From Treponema sp. (GTDB lineage Bacteria > Spirochaetota > Spirochaetia > Treponematales > Treponemataceae): a stretch of DNA of 64,000 nucleotides. The position numbers and the translations under genes were made by a program. The DNA lies in the NCBI GenBank assembly GCA_016297405.1, contig JAEDGP010000003.1, positions 2,081 to 66,080 on the forward strand. Reading direction: 5' to 3'. Under the pieces are notes generated by a model that worked only from the letters and a program-made list of their open reading frames with translations, had not been told where the DNA came from and made no database searches. Below, piece after piece: positions 39,344-49,616 of the stretch. Positions within the stretch are counted from its first letter, which is position 1, and every line of letters starts with the position of its first letter.

Positions 39344-41077
39344 TTATTTTACCTGCACAGGTCCTCGTCTTGACCAAGGCCAGAATCGATATACAGCAGT
39401 GCCAAGAATGCGTTTTTTGCTCACGCACTGCGGTTCCATATTTGAATCGTAAAGTACTGAGTAAGGATCATTTTTATCAAGTGGTACGGTTTTCTGTTCA
39501 TAAGAATGGCGCATATCAAGTGAGTTGAAACGATTATCGCCCATCATAAAATATTCATCATTTGATATGTACACTGGATTCCCTTCTTCGTCATTAGCGG
39601 GAAAAACAGGCATATTGCGCTGATCAAGAATCTGTGTATAGAACGAAAGATATGCCAGGGAAACTCCGTCATTGTTAGAATGAACTTCAGAACCACCTTG
39701 CGCATAAGTTTCCAGGCAATCAAGAATCTGAAGAGCCATTTTTTCTTTAATCATTACGTTTAGTTTGAAATTTGCGAATGAATATGGGTCAGACTCAAAA
39801 ATCTTATAATCCACTTTCATCCACGAATTCATAAATGCATTGAACCACTGATTTCCATTATCACAGGCATAAAGATTTAGTGCATAATTAAATGGATCCA
39901 TTTCGAACTGATCTACAGTAAAATCCTGTTTAAAAGCTCTGTTTTCTTTAGGAATCAGGTTAAGATTACCTTTTCGTGAAAGATACAAAGAATCAAATCT
40001 TCTTACATAGCTTTGAAACCTGGCTTTTGCAGATTCCAGATCATAGTCACGACGAGCCTTTTCAACATCAATCATGGCTTCATAAGCCGTCTGGGAAAGC
40101 GGAATAGTCTGGATGGAAGGTTTCAAAACATTTGGAACTTCATTCAAATTCCAGCATCCATACTTTGAATCAAACACAACAGGCTCAAAATCAGTTTTTT
40201 CGGCAGTGCGAGCATAAAGCACACCATCTTGCATTACAAGCTGTTCACCAGGAACCCCACAAACACGTTTTACTAGCGGATCAGCTTTGGGATTTCCTTC
40301 GTCATCTACATTCATGTTTACAAGCGTGAAAGTAAGCATATAGACGATTTGCGAAACAACACTTTTCACCTCACTTTTTCGGTCCATTCCATAATGGGGA
40401 TTTCTAAAAACAACAACATCTCCCCTGTCATATTTTTTGTTAGATGGAATACCCACATCAGAAAGAGGGAAAACAGGACCACTTGCAGTTTTGAAAACCA
40501 CAACTCTATCACCAATAAGGAAGGAAGGAACCATGGATTCAGATGGAATAATATACAGCTGAAGGAAGAAGATCTGAATCAACAAAACCATAAAAACAGC
40601 TTGAACCAAAGCATCGGCCCAATCAACAATTTCTGCTAATATTCGTTTTGCATCCCAAATAGAACGATCCAATCGATGAAGTTCTATTTCTTTTTTCCAG
40701 TCAGGGAAGAATTTAGGAAGATTTTTTTCATTTACAAAACGTAACACCACAATGGAAGATAAGAACAGCAAAAGCCAGAAAATCACAGTAACAAGATCTA
40801 GATAAAATGGAGTCTCATTAATTCCGCTTCTTCTGACTATAAAAGCAACCAGAAGCACATAAGAAATATACTGATAGAGCTTTCGCCCTATTCTAAAGCT
40901 CTTAAAATCATTCTTCAAAAATCCTTTATAAACAAGAAAATATGAAGTCAGCAACGAAAATGCGATTCCCAAAGGAAAGGAAAGCAACGAAATATCTGGA
41001 GAAAAACTGATTGAACAAAAAGAAAAAATGACGGCACAAGCCAAACTGCAAATTGCAAAAATTACTATCTTATTCAT
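39344..41077 (-). CDS. lepB: Signal peptidase I, extended form
   Basis: YIIPSESMVP (catalytic Ser), RGDVVVF, LVKR (Lys), MGDNRFNSLDMR, ILG..RFWP. Confidence 0.92.
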   Translation of the reverse strand: MNKIVIFAICSLACAVIFSFCSISFSPDISLLSFPLGIAFSLLTSYFLVYKGFLKNDFKSFRIGRKLYQYISYVLLVAFIVRRSGINETPFYLDLVTVIFWLLLFLSSIVVLRFVNEKNLPKFFPDWKKEIELHRLDRSIWDAKRILAEIVDWADALVQAVFMVLLIQIFFLQLYIIPSESMVPSFLIGDRVVVFKTASGPVFPLSDVGIPSNKKYDRGDVVVFRNPHYGMDRKSEVKSVVSQIVYMLTFTLVNMNVDDEGNPKADPLVKRVCGVPGEQLVMQDGVLYARTAEKTDFEPVVFDSKYGCWNLNEVPNVLKPSIQTIPLSQTAYEAMIDVEKARRDYDLESAKARFQSYVRRFDSLYLSRKGNLNLIPKENRAFKQDFTVDQFEMDPFNYALNLYACDNGNQWFNAFMNSWMKVDYKIFESDPYSFANFKLNVMIKEKMALQILDCLETYAQGGSEVHSNNDGVSLAYLSFYTQILDQRNMPVFPANDEEGNPVYISNDEYFMMGDNRFNSLDMRHSYEQKTVPLDKNDPYSVLYDSNMEPQCVSKKRILGTAVYRFWPWSRRGPVQVK

Positions 41078-41876
41078 TATTTAAATATAGCACAAAATTT
41101 TGATTTAGAACATGACATAACTGCTGCGGCTTGATTTTTTTAATGTCACTTACAATTCGGATCAATTGATCCCATTGCTTTGTGTAGGACAAAACGGAAA
41201 AATCCCTAAAGGGGCCAAAAGGTGCGTCTGATTCAAGAAGCAATCTGTTCAGAGGAATTAGTTCAATGCAAGCCAAAGCCTTTTTTGAATTCTGAAGAAG
41301 ATTTGCCCCAAAGGAAAAATATGAATTGGATAGATGCTTCATGATGAAGGAAAGATCATTTGGTCCACCTCCAAAGCCATGAAAAAGAACAGATGGAAGT
41401 TGGCCTAGAGGGCTAAGAAAATCATTCAAATAACTGAAAGCTTTTCTTATATGAAGCACAACAGGTTTTTCATATTTTCCTGCAAGTAAAAGCTGACTTT
41501 CAAAAACATCCATCTGATTTTTCATTGTACGTTTCAACTCATCCGTATAAAAATCAAGTCCGCATTCACCAATGATTTGGATTTTCTTCTGTTCTAAAAG
41601 ATGTTGAAGCTGCAACAGCTTTTTTTTGTTTTGGATTTCATCAAAGCTAACATGAAAAGGATGAATGGCACATGCAGAGTATATGCCCATGTTCTTATGC
41701 TCAATAAAAAAGGAATGAACTTTTTCGAGTTGCTCACCGTCTGTGGCACAATCAATTGCAGAAAAACCCTTACTTTCAATCAGGGAATTAAAAACAGGCA
41801 ACTCTTCAGGGCCAAGGGATTCAAGAATGTCATAAAGATGAAAATGTGCGTCGCAAAACGAAGAAAAAGCTAACAT
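41070..41876 (-). CDS. tatD: TatD-family hydrolase
   Basis: DAHFH, IHP, IGECGLD, LHIRKA, FHGF, LLESDAP; start placed at ATG 41876 from promoter spacing. Confidence 0.85.
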   Translation of the reverse strand: MLAFSSFCDAHFHLYDILESLGPEELPVFNSLIESKGFSAIDCATDGEQLEKVHSFFIEHKNMGIYSACAIHPFHVSFDEIQNKKKLLQLQHLLEQKKIQIIGECGLDFYTDELKRTMKNQMDVFESQLLLAGKYEKPVVLHIRKAFSYLNDFLSPLGQLPSVLFHGFGGGPNDLSFIMKHLSNSYFSFGANLLQNSKKALACIELIPLNRLLLESDAPFGPFRDFSVLSYTKQWDQLIRIVSDIKKIKPQQLCHVLNQNFVLYLNNE

Positions 41877-41962
41877 AAAATTCATATTATCCGAAAATAA
41901 AGTTGTAAGCAATTTATCTTTTTTTATTATTCAAGATCATTGGTCAATTTCTGGAGGACTAT

Positions 41963-42181
41963 ATGAAAAGTTATTCACTTAAAAGCTTAGGCAACAAAAA
42001 CGACTACATGACAATAATCAAGGAAACTAAAGACGGTTACGTAATTCGAATTGTAAGAGACTTGGACGGCTATGAAGAAAAAACTACAGATTTTCTTGGA
42101 AAGGAATTATTCGAAAGCTGCATCCGAACAGGTTATCTTACTGAAATTGCAGAACCAGTTAAAGTTGCCGTAAACGCATAG
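41963..42181 (+). CDS. Small hypothetical protein (72 aa)
   Basis: Strong GGAGG RBS, fills an intergenic gap, globular-looking sequence. Confidence 0.8.
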   Translation: MKSYSLKSLGNKNDYMTIIKETKDGYVIRIVRDLDGYEEKTTDFLGKELFESCIRTGYLTEIAEPVKVAVNA

Positions 42182-42267
42182 ACTATGCAAATAAACTAAA
42201 AAGAGCCCAACACCTGGTGCAGAAATCAAAAACTATGCAAAAAAATAAAATGATAAAAATCTAAAAA

Positions 42268-43233
42268 TCAGCTGAAATATTTTTTTGCAAGATCCATTGC
42301 AGCATCAATTCTCTGCTTTTTATCCTGAACCGGCAAAAGCCAGTTGATCTTTACGCCTTTCTTTTCCATGCCACGAAACCATGTTTCCTGTCTTTTTGCA
42401 AACTGTCTGATGGCAACAAAAAGTTTTTCATAAAGTTCTTCTTTTGTCTTTATCTTTCCTTGCAGGAATAACGAACAATACCGATATTCAAGGCCTAGTT
42501 TTTCAAGCCGTTCCCAACTTGCACCTTTTTCATGGAGGAGTGCAACTTCTTCAATCATTCCTTGTTCAAGGCGTTCCTTAAGTCGAATGCTGATGTTCTG
42601 ACGAACCAAATCTCGCTGAAAAGTTGTTCCAATAATCAGAGGTCTGATATCCGGACGTGAAACTGTATTATTGCAGTGTTGTTCCTTCCCCATATCTTTC
42701 ATGTATAATGCAATTTCAATGGCACGAACTACCCTTTCACGAATCAGAAGATCGCTTTTGTTATGAAGATCCGGCTTCAATCCAATCAGCATGGCATCAA
42801 GCTCATCCAGTGATTTTCCATCCAATTCTTTTCTAAGCTCCAGATTTTCGGGAACAGTCACCAGATCATAACCGCGGACAACAGCATCCAGATACATTCC
42901 AGTTCCACCAACAATGACAGGAAGCTTTCCTCTCTCAATAATCTGGGGAAAAACTTTGTAGAAATCCTGCTGATAGTTAAAAACGTTGTATTCCTGGGAA
43001 AGATTTGCCACATCAATAAGGTGATATGGAACAGATCTGCCATTGACGGTAAATTCGCACAAATCTTTACCAGACCCAATATCCAGGCCAACGTAGGTTT
43101 GCCGGGAATCTGCAGAGATAATTTCACCGTTAAGATTCAATGCCAAATGCACGCCAATACTGGTTTTTCCAACCGCCGTTGGACCAAGCACAACAATACA
43201 ATTATATTCGCCCATAGAATTATCTGTTTCCAA
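42268..43233 (-). CDS. miaA: tRNA dimethylallyltransferase
   Basis: LGPTAVGKT, EIISADSRQ, VGGTGMY, RQFAKRQETWFR. Confidence 0.95.
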   Translation of the reverse strand: METDNSMGEYNCIVVLGPTAVGKTSIGVHLALNLNGEIISADSRQTYVGLDIGSGKDLCEFTVNGRSVPYHLIDVANLSQEYNVFNYQQDFYKVFPQIIERGKLPVIVGGTGMYLDAVVRGYDLVTVPENLELRKELDGKSLDELDAMLIGLKPDLHNKSDLLIRERVVRAIEIALYMKDMGKEQHCNNTVSRPDIRPLIIGTTFQRDLVRQNISIRLKERLEQGMIEEVALLHEKGASWERLEKLGLEYRYCSLFLQGKIKTKEELYEKLFVAIRQFAKRQETWFRGMEKKGVKINWLLPVQDKKQRIDAAMDLAKKYFS

Positions 43234-43236
43234 CCG

Positions 43237-44490
43237 CTAAAGGACACGGCAAATTGCACACTTAAGATATTCGCTTTTCGGATAGCCAAGCAACACAGGA
43301 TGATCTGGACCTGCGCCACGTTTTTCAAGAATCTGAACCTTCTTATGGCTGTCTGCAGCTGCATGCATAATCATGTCATAGAAAATCGTTGAATCAAAAA
43401 AATGAGAGCATGAACATGTAACAAGAATACCGCCATCATTCAAAAGGCGCATTGCTCTAAGATTTATTTCTTTGTAACCACCATAGGCTTTCTGAATGGC
43501 CTTTGCACTTTTTGTAAATGCAGGTGGATCAAGAATAATTACGTCAAATTTTTCACCATCAGCTTCATACTTCTTCAGCAAATCAAAAACATCTGCGCAA
43601 ACGGCTTTCATTACAGACGTGGCATTATTCATCTGAATGTTCTTGTTCACCATCTGCACAGCTTCTTCAGAAATATCAACAGATGTTACATCTCTGGCTC
43701 CTGCCTTGAACGCATTCAAGCCAAAAGCACCAGTATGAGTAAATGTATCCAGCACTTTCTTTCCATGACAGAAATCTGCTGCAATGCGACGATTGTCCTT
43801 CTGGTCAAGGAAATAACCAGTTTTCTGACCGTTCGCAATATCAACACAAAGCTTGATGCCGTTTTCTTCTATAGTTATAACACTATCCTTTTCACTTCCT
43901 ATCCAGCCAGAATGGATTGGAAGGCCTTCCTTTTCACGCACATCGGCATCGTCCCTTTCATAAATTGCATAAGGCTTACAATGCTTTTTCAACGCATCAA
44001 GAATCTCCTTCTTGAACACATCACAGGCCATTGCAAGGAACTGAACCACAAGATAGACACGGCCGAACATGTCGCAATATCTTTCACAGATAAAACCTGG
44101 AATAAAATCGGCTTCCGCAAAAACAAGGCGATAGGAATCCTTTTCACCGTAATGGGTTTTTCTGATATTTACCGCATCACAAATTCTTTTTTCCCAAAAC
44201 GATGCTGTATTTTCAAACACCCGGTCTGCATGATCGTTGGAAATAAGACGAACGGTAATTTTGGAATTTTTGTTGATTATGCCGGTTCCCAGAAAACCGC
44301 CGGCTTTTGTAAAAACTTCTACAGCACAACCGTTTTCCACATCACATTCTTCCAAAGAAAGAACCTTCCATTCTTCCTTCTCATCATTTCTATATTTTAC
44401 ATGTGAAATTTCATTGTCAAAAACCCATGGGAACCCCTGAAGGATTTCCTTTTCTTCTTTACTCTTCAAAAAAACTCTTGGAAACATCAT
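43237..44490 (-). CDS. RlmI-like SAM-dependent rRNA methyltransferase
   Basis: PUA (GFPWVFDNEI), GQKTGYFLDQ, ILDPPAF, TCSCS, YLKC. Confidence 0.9.
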   Translation of the reverse strand: MMFPRVFLKSKEEKEILQGFPWVFDNEISHVKYRNDEKEEWKVLSLEECDVENGCAVEVFTKAGGFLGTGIINKNSKITVRLISNDHADRVFENTASFWEKRICDAVNIRKTHYGEKDSYRLVFAEADFIPGFICERYCDMFGRVYLVVQFLAMACDVFKKEILDALKKHCKPYAIYERDDADVREKEGLPIHSGWIGSEKDSVITIEENGIKLCVDIANGQKTGYFLDQKDNRRIAADFCHGKKVLDTFTHTGAFGLNAFKAGARDVTSVDISEEAVQMVNKNIQMNNATSVMKAVCADVFDLLKKYEADGEKFDVIILDPPAFTKSAKAIQKAYGGYKEINLRAMRLLNDGGILVTCSCSHFFDSTIFYDMIMHAAADSHKKVQILEKRGAGPDHPVLLGYPKSEYLKCAICRVL

Positions 44491-44510
44491 AGCCTCGAAT
44501 TATAATTATT

Positions 44511-45116
44511 TTATCTTCTATTTTCAATAAATGACTTTGCTTGTACCATAAGTTCACCACCATTTTTGAAAACACAGGTCCTTATGCCCAATGAGGATGC
44601 GGCATTGCAGTTCTCAATCTTGTCATCAACGAAAAACGCATCTTCTGGGGAAACTCCTTCCGCATCCAGAATCATTGAAAAGAACAACGGGTCTGGTTTT
44701 GCCACCCCCATGTGATGACTTGCATAAGTCATATCGAATAATGCATAATCCCCGCGACTTATGTGATTGTCATAGTGGCTTTCAATTGTATTCGTGCCGC
44801 AAACAAGTCTTACATCCCCAACCGTTTTCAAATAATCGATTACTTCTACAGTTTCCCTTATCAATACCGGGTGAAACAATAGCCTGAACCAATCAGTACA
44901 AACGTTTTTTCCACTGTTAGCAGAAAATTCCTTCCAGAATAAGGCAGTATCAATTCTTCCAATTTCCAATGCCTTAAGCATATCCTGTTCTGTTCCCTTT
45001 TTGCAAAAGTCATAGAATTCCTTTACGCTGATTCCAATTCTTTCAGCTACTTCCTGATCCAAAACTTTTCCTGCAGTGTTTGTTACAACACCACCCATAT
45101 CAAAAATAAAAAGCAT
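44511..45116 (-). CDS. HAD-family phosphatase (YihX-like)
   Basis: FDMGGV, TN, KPDP, FVDD..EN. Confidence 0.9.
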   Translation of the reverse strand: MLFIFDMGGVVTNTAGKVLDQEVAERIGISVKEFYDFCKKGTEQDMLKALEIGRIDTALFWKEFSANSGKNVCTDWFRLLFHPVLIRETVEVIDYLKTVGDVRLVCGTNTIESHYDNHISRGDYALFDMTYASHHMGVAKPDPLFFSMILDAEGVSPEDAFFVDDKIENCNAASSLGIRTCVFKNGGELMVQAKSFIENRR

Positions 45117-45122
45117 ATTTGG

Positions 45123-45165
45123 ATATTACAGAAATATTGATTTTGAGCCAACATCGCATTAAAAT
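45123..45165. promoter_or_regulatory. Overlapping divergent sigma70 promoters
   Basis: Minus: TTGGCT(45151-46)-N17-TAATAT(45128-23). Plus: TTGATT(45137-42)-N17-TAAAAT(45160-65). Confidence 0.6.
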
Positions 45166-45171
45166 ATTATC

Positions 45172-46065
45172 ATGAAAATTATCAAATTATTTGCCTTAGG
45201 CTGTCTGTTTCTTACATCCTCTTTTTCTTACGCCAAAGACAGACCTATCATCAAAAATCTTATGGCAACCAGCGGCAAAGGCACAAAAATCAACATATCC
45301 TGGACGGTTCCAGAAAAACCTGATCCTAAAATCACAAAGCTTTTTCTATATAGAACCACAAAACCTGCAGGTTCATTTTTTGACCTGGAATCTGAAAAAC
45401 CCATCGCAACGCTAGATGCTGACTGTTGCGGTTTTACCGATTCCGTAAAGGATTATCGTGACTACTACTATGCGGTTTTGGCCGAAGTAAACGGTAAGCC
45501 TTATGACATCATACTCCCATCTATCAATTCCACGGTAAATTCAGTTCATCTGAAAATTGAACAAAAGGAAGAATTGCCGGTCAAGAAGGAAATTCCAGAA
45601 AAACTCTACACAGATGGCAACATAAGGGAAACGCCCCTTCCTTTCCTTGACCTGGTAAGCAGTATGAAAGGAAAAAAGATTTCCATGAAAGAATCAACTA
45701 TTTCATATGCAAGGGAACTTGCCGGCAACAGCCAAAAGACAAAAAAACGCCTGACTCCTTATGTTTTTGAACAGGATCTGATTTCTCCAGATGGAGGAGA
45801 CGATTTTCTTTTGTTTGAAATATTAAGAACCACGTTCATACAGAAAAAATATGCTTCCTGCATAGATGAACTTATAAAACTTTTGGGAACAAACAGATCT
45901 GCCGAAGTAACACAGCGGGCAGGATTTTATCTTGCCCAGTCATACTACTTTTCAAAAGACTACAAAAGCGCTGTTCAAAACTTTCTGAAAGTTTACGACA
46001 CTTTTCCAAAGCTTTCAAAAAAGTGGATTGATTCCAGTCTTGAATACATGGAAACAATGGAATAA
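45172..46065 (+). CDS. Exported protein with FN3-like N-terminus and C-terminal TPR
   Basis: Signal peptide; INISW..P, LYR, FTD, YYYAV; AGFYLAQSYYFSKDYKSAV. Confidence 0.65.
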   Translation: MKIIKLFALGCLFLTSSFSYAKDRPIIKNLMATSGKGTKINISWTVPEKPDPKITKLFLYRTTKPAGSFFDLESEKPIATLDADCCGFTDSVKDYRDYYYAVLAEVNGKPYDIILPSINSTVNSVHLKIEQKEELPVKKEIPEKLYTDGNIRETPLPFLDLVSSMKGKKISMKESTISYARELAGNSQKTKKRLTPYVFEQDLISPDGGDDFLLFEILRTTFIQKKYASCIDELIKLLGTNRSAEVTQRAGFYLAQSYYFSKDYKSAVQNFLKVYDTFPKLSKKWIDSSLEYMETME

Positions 46066-46103
46066 AGCTTTTCCTGAATGACCATCAATGTCAAACCACA
46101 AAA

Positions 46104-48269
46104 TCAATAGATACTGCGTATTAAATCAATGAATGACGGCGTTCTTTTGTCCACAAATTCAGCTGCTGTAACTTTCATGCTTTTTGGTTGATTGATCGCA
46201 TTTCCGTTCACATCGGCAGTCGGTGCTGTGTCGCTTACAACCGTGATTTCTGCGCTTTGTTCCATTGACTGCATTTCATCAGGCTTTGGCATTGAAAGCA
46301 AAACAATTTCATCGCCTGTATTTACCTTATCATAAAAGCCGTCATATTCCAAAAGTCCTTCAGAAACTTCTTCTCCAACAGTAGTTATAGTCAGATTACC
46401 AAGCACATCAGATTCTTTATAAACGATTCCGCCGCTGCTTCCAGAAGTTTCTATCGAACCTTTTTTTACAACATCGAACAACGCACCATTTACAAGGTTT
46501 TCGGATTTCCCCATATCCACAAGAAGTCGTTTTCCTTCACGGTTCAAAATCTTTCCCCTTACAGGAAGCCGCTCCAGGATAGCTTTTCTGAAGCGACGGA
46601 AAATATTTGAATAACGATTATTGCCGGTGGCATAATAGGAATCAGAATGGATTTTATAGCCAGATCGTCCCGAATACATGGCAAAATCAAGTGTAACGTC
46701 CCGGCTACCTTCATCAAAGCTAATTATTACAAAATAGTCGGTTTTTGAGCTTCTTGCCTTCTGATAAGCTTCGCCAAAACCGGCAACCGGTTCAGCATAA
46801 GTACAAACACTGGCATAAGCGATTCCAGAAAAAATCTCCGATGCAAATTCAGCACTTACCCTATTGTTTTGCGGATGAGGCTGACTTACAGTTGAAGGGG
46901 TATAATAAACACCAAGCTTCCATCTGGTTTTATCCAAATAGAAAGGTTGAACATTCCATTTATTTGCAAGCGAATCTTTCAGCAGCGAATCGTAGGCTTC
47001 AATAGTATAATCCATCTGCTGCTGTTCAAAATCCTTTTTCTGTTCATTTTGAGCAGAAAAGCTTTCTCCAGCAGAAATTATTGCATCAGACGTATCGTCG
47101 GATATGATTCTTTCCCTTAGGAATAATAGCTGATCAAGATAAAGTTCATGCATTCCATTCAATTCAAGCATATCAGCATAGGCTTTCCTTGCCTCTTCAT
47201 TTGAAGGGTTTATCTTCAAAGCCTGCTGATATTGGAATGTAGCCCCTGTGCTGTCATATCGACGGCTGCATTCACGAGCCTCTTGAACATGATAATCAGC
47301 CCAGGCTTTTCTTCTGCCATCTTCCAAAGGTACATATTTTGAAACAAGGGACTCCAAAGCTGATCTCATTATTTCGTCGGAAGGATCTACATCAAGCCCG
47401 CCAGACCATGTATTGATCGCAGCATCAATTTCATTTTCTGCACACTGTGAAAGACCTTTCAAATACCAGGCAGAAGAGAGTTCCCTATTGCGTCCGATTC
47501 TGAAATCACAAATGGATATTACTTCAGGATAAAAACCTTTAGCAAAGCGGATTTTTGCCAAAAAATCATAAGCTTTGTCATAATCTCCGTTTATTTCAAG
47601 TGCAATTCGAACATGCTTTTCTGCAGCATCCAGATCGTTTTGCATGGCATAAATAACAGCGGCAAGATAATGAACTTCACATTCACCTGAATAGTAGCCC
47701 AAAGCCTGTGTTACATATTTTCTTGCCAGATCAGTTTTACCAAGTTCACAGGAAACCACTGCAAGGCTAAGCAAAGCCTTACGATTATCCCTCTGGCGAC
47801 TCAAAGCTTCCATGTACATTTTTTCAGCACCAGTTACACGGCCATCAAAAAGATCTAATTCCGCAAGCCCAAATCGAGCATCAACGTTATTTGGATAAGA
47901 TCGAAGCACATCTTCAAAGACTTTTCTTGCATCGGCAAAACGTTCAAGAGCAATGAAAGTCATTCCTCTAAGATTGAAAATAGAACTTTCATTTTTTGCG
48001 TATTTTTGAGCCTCTTCAAGCTGGCTTAAAACCAGTTCGTACTCGCCAAGTTGATAGGAACATTTAGCCAGATGAAACCAGGCGTCTGCATACACTGGAT
48101 TAAGCTGAACCGCTTCCATATATTTTTGAGATGCCATGTACCATTGCTCATTATTTTCTTCAGTAAGGCCTTCATCATAAAGTTCTACAGCCGATTTTCC
48201 CAGCGCAAAACCTGAAGATGACAGGGCAAAAAAAACGGCTGCTGCAATGAATTTAATCTTTTTTTTCAT
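46104..48269 (-). CDS. Exported TPR protein
   Basis: Signal peptide MKKKIKFIAAAVFF; many TPRs; C-terminal beta region; start 48269 or 48275. Confidence 0.85.
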   Translation of the reverse strand: MKKKIKFIAAAVFFALSSSGFALGKSAVELYDEGLTEENNEQWYMASQKYMEAVQLNPVYADAWFHLAKCSYQLGEYELVLSQLEEAQKYAKNESSIFNLRGMTFIALERFADARKVFEDVLRSYPNNVDARFGLAELDLFDGRVTGAEKMYMEALSRQRDNRKALLSLAVVSCELGKTDLARKYVTQALGYYSGECEVHYLAAVIYAMQNDLDAAEKHVRIALEINGDYDKAYDFLAKIRFAKGFYPEVISICDFRIGRNRELSSAWYLKGLSQCAENEIDAAINTWSGGLDVDPSDEIMRSALESLVSKYVPLEDGRRKAWADYHVQEARECSRRYDSTGATFQYQQALKINPSNEEARKAYADMLELNGMHELYLDQLLFLRERIISDDTSDAIISAGESFSAQNEQKKDFEQQQMDYTIEAYDSLLKDSLANKWNVQPFYLDKTRWKLGVYYTPSTVSQPHPQNNRVSAEFASEIFSGIAYASVCTYAEPVAGFGEAYQKARSSKTDYFVIISFDEGSRDVTLDFAMYSGRSGYKIHSDSYYATGNNRYSNIFRRFRKAILERLPVRGKILNREGKRLLVDMGKSENLVNGALFDVVKKGSIETSGSSGGIVYKESDVLGNLTITTVGEEVSEGLLEYDGFYDKVNTGDEIVLLSMPKPDEMQSMEQSAEITVVSDTAPTADVNGNAINQPKSMKVTAAEFVDKRTPSFIDLIRSIY

Positions 48270-49056
48270 TTCCATCATTCTTATCACTCGCCTTTTTTAT
48301 CACTTTTATCATATTTATACGGTGACCTTCCATGTCTTGAACGATAAAATCAAAGTCGTTCCATGAAGTCTTTTCGAACTTAACAGGAATTTTTCCAAAA
48401 AGATCGAAGACGAAGCCTCCAAGGGAATCAAAATCCTGAGCTGGAAAAACAGTTTCCAGTTTTTCATTTACTTCATCAAGATCAACTCTGGCATCACATA
48501 GCCAGATATTATTGCCCACAGGAAGAATATCTTCATGTTCATTGTCGAATTCATCCTGAATATCGCCAACAATCTCTTCTATGATGTCTTCCATAGTTAT
48601 AATTCCAGCGATTCCACCATATTCATCAATTGCAATGGCAATATGAAGATGGCGACGCTTGAATTCTCTAAGCAAGCTGTCGATTCTTTTTGATTCAGGC
48701 ACAAAATATGCCTTTCGAATAATCTTTTCAAGCTCAAATGATTCAGGATCTCTGCAGGTGAATATCAAATCCTTCACATATAGAACGCCTACAACATTAT
48801 CTATCGATTCAGAATAAACTGGAAAACGGGAATGCCCGCTTTTCGAAACTTTTTCCAAAAGTTCATCGATTGGAGTATCAACAGAAATGAAGTCAACATC
48901 AATACGCGGTACCATCACTTCTTTTACAGAAGTTTCAGAAAGCTCTTCAACTCCCTGAATCATGTCTTTTTTTTCTTCATTTAGAATTTTCTGCTGCTCC
49001 GCGCTAATTTCTTCTAACCCGCGATTTTTCTTATGCTTTTTTCCAGTAAACCACAT
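48253..49056 (-). CDS. CorC/TlyC (CBS + CorC_HlyC) protein
   Basis: VKEVMVPR, SGHSRFPVY, DEYGG..G.ITMEDIIEEIVGDIQDE; start moved to ATG 49056. Confidence 0.92.
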   Translation of the reverse strand: MWFTGKKHKKNRGLEEISAEQQKILNEEKKDMIQGVEELSETSVKEVMVPRIDVDFISVDTPIDELLEKVSKSGHSRFPVYSESIDNVVGVLYVKDLIFTCRDPESFELEKIIRKAYFVPESKRIDSLLREFKRRHLHIAIAIDEYGGIAGIITMEDIIEEIVGDIQDEFDNEHEDILPVGNNIWLCDARVDLDEVNEKLETVFPAQDFDSLGGFVFDLFGKIPVKFEKTSWNDFDFIVQDMEGHRINMIKVIKKASDKNDGNEKKD

Positions 49057-49060
49057 AACA

Positions 49061-49543
49061 CTACTCTGTCCAAATAATTTCATCTGCAAGTTCCTCAAGA
49101 ATCTTTTCCTGAAGGACAAGCATCTCACACGAAGGTTCCACATCCTTTTCGATGTGCTCTTCCCCATGATCCATTCCGTTCAGATGAAGCACCCCATGTA
49201 TCAAAAGCCGTTTAAACTCAGTATTTTTGTCTACCTCAAAATATTCGGCGTTTTTAGGCAATGTATCCAAACTTATGACAATATCGCCGGCACTATACCA
49301 CTGGCCTTCGTCATCTTCATATTCTTCCCCTGTTTCAAATGATAAAACATCTGTAGGAGCATCAATGTTACGATATTCTTTATTCAAATTTTGAATAAAG
49401 ACGTCATCACAAAAAAGAATTGAAAGCTCCTCTCCATCATAACCTGCTTTCTGAAGAATCTTTTCCACAAACTCTTCTATCCTGGAAAACCATACAGGTT
49501 CATTCATTCCTTCCTGCATGGAAACCAACACTCTATTAGCCAT
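49061..49543 (-). CDS. ybeY: rRNA maturation endoribonuclease YbeY
   Basis: LNKEYR..DAPTDVLSF, GDIVIS, HGVLHLNGMDH. Confidence 0.96.
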   Translation of the reverse strand: MANRVLVSMQEGMNEPVWFSRIEEFVEKILQKAGYDGEELSILFCDDVFIQNLNKEYRNIDAPTDVLSFETGEEYEDDEGQWYSAGDIVISLDTLPKNAEYFEVDKNTEFKRLLIHGVLHLNGMDHGEEHIEKDVEPSCEMLVLQEKILEELADEIIWTE

Positions 49544-49567
49544 ATATACTCTCCTTCATAAAACCAC

Positions 49568-49601
49568 AAAAGCGATTGAAACGTAAAATATTTTCAATCG
49601 C
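49568..49601 (-). terminator. Hairpin with T-rich tail between the HD gene and ybeY
   Basis: GCGATTGAAA(49572-81)/TTTCAATCGC(49592-601), followed by TTTTG on the minus strand. Confidence 0.45.
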
Positions 49602-49616
49602 CTGAAACAAAATAAC

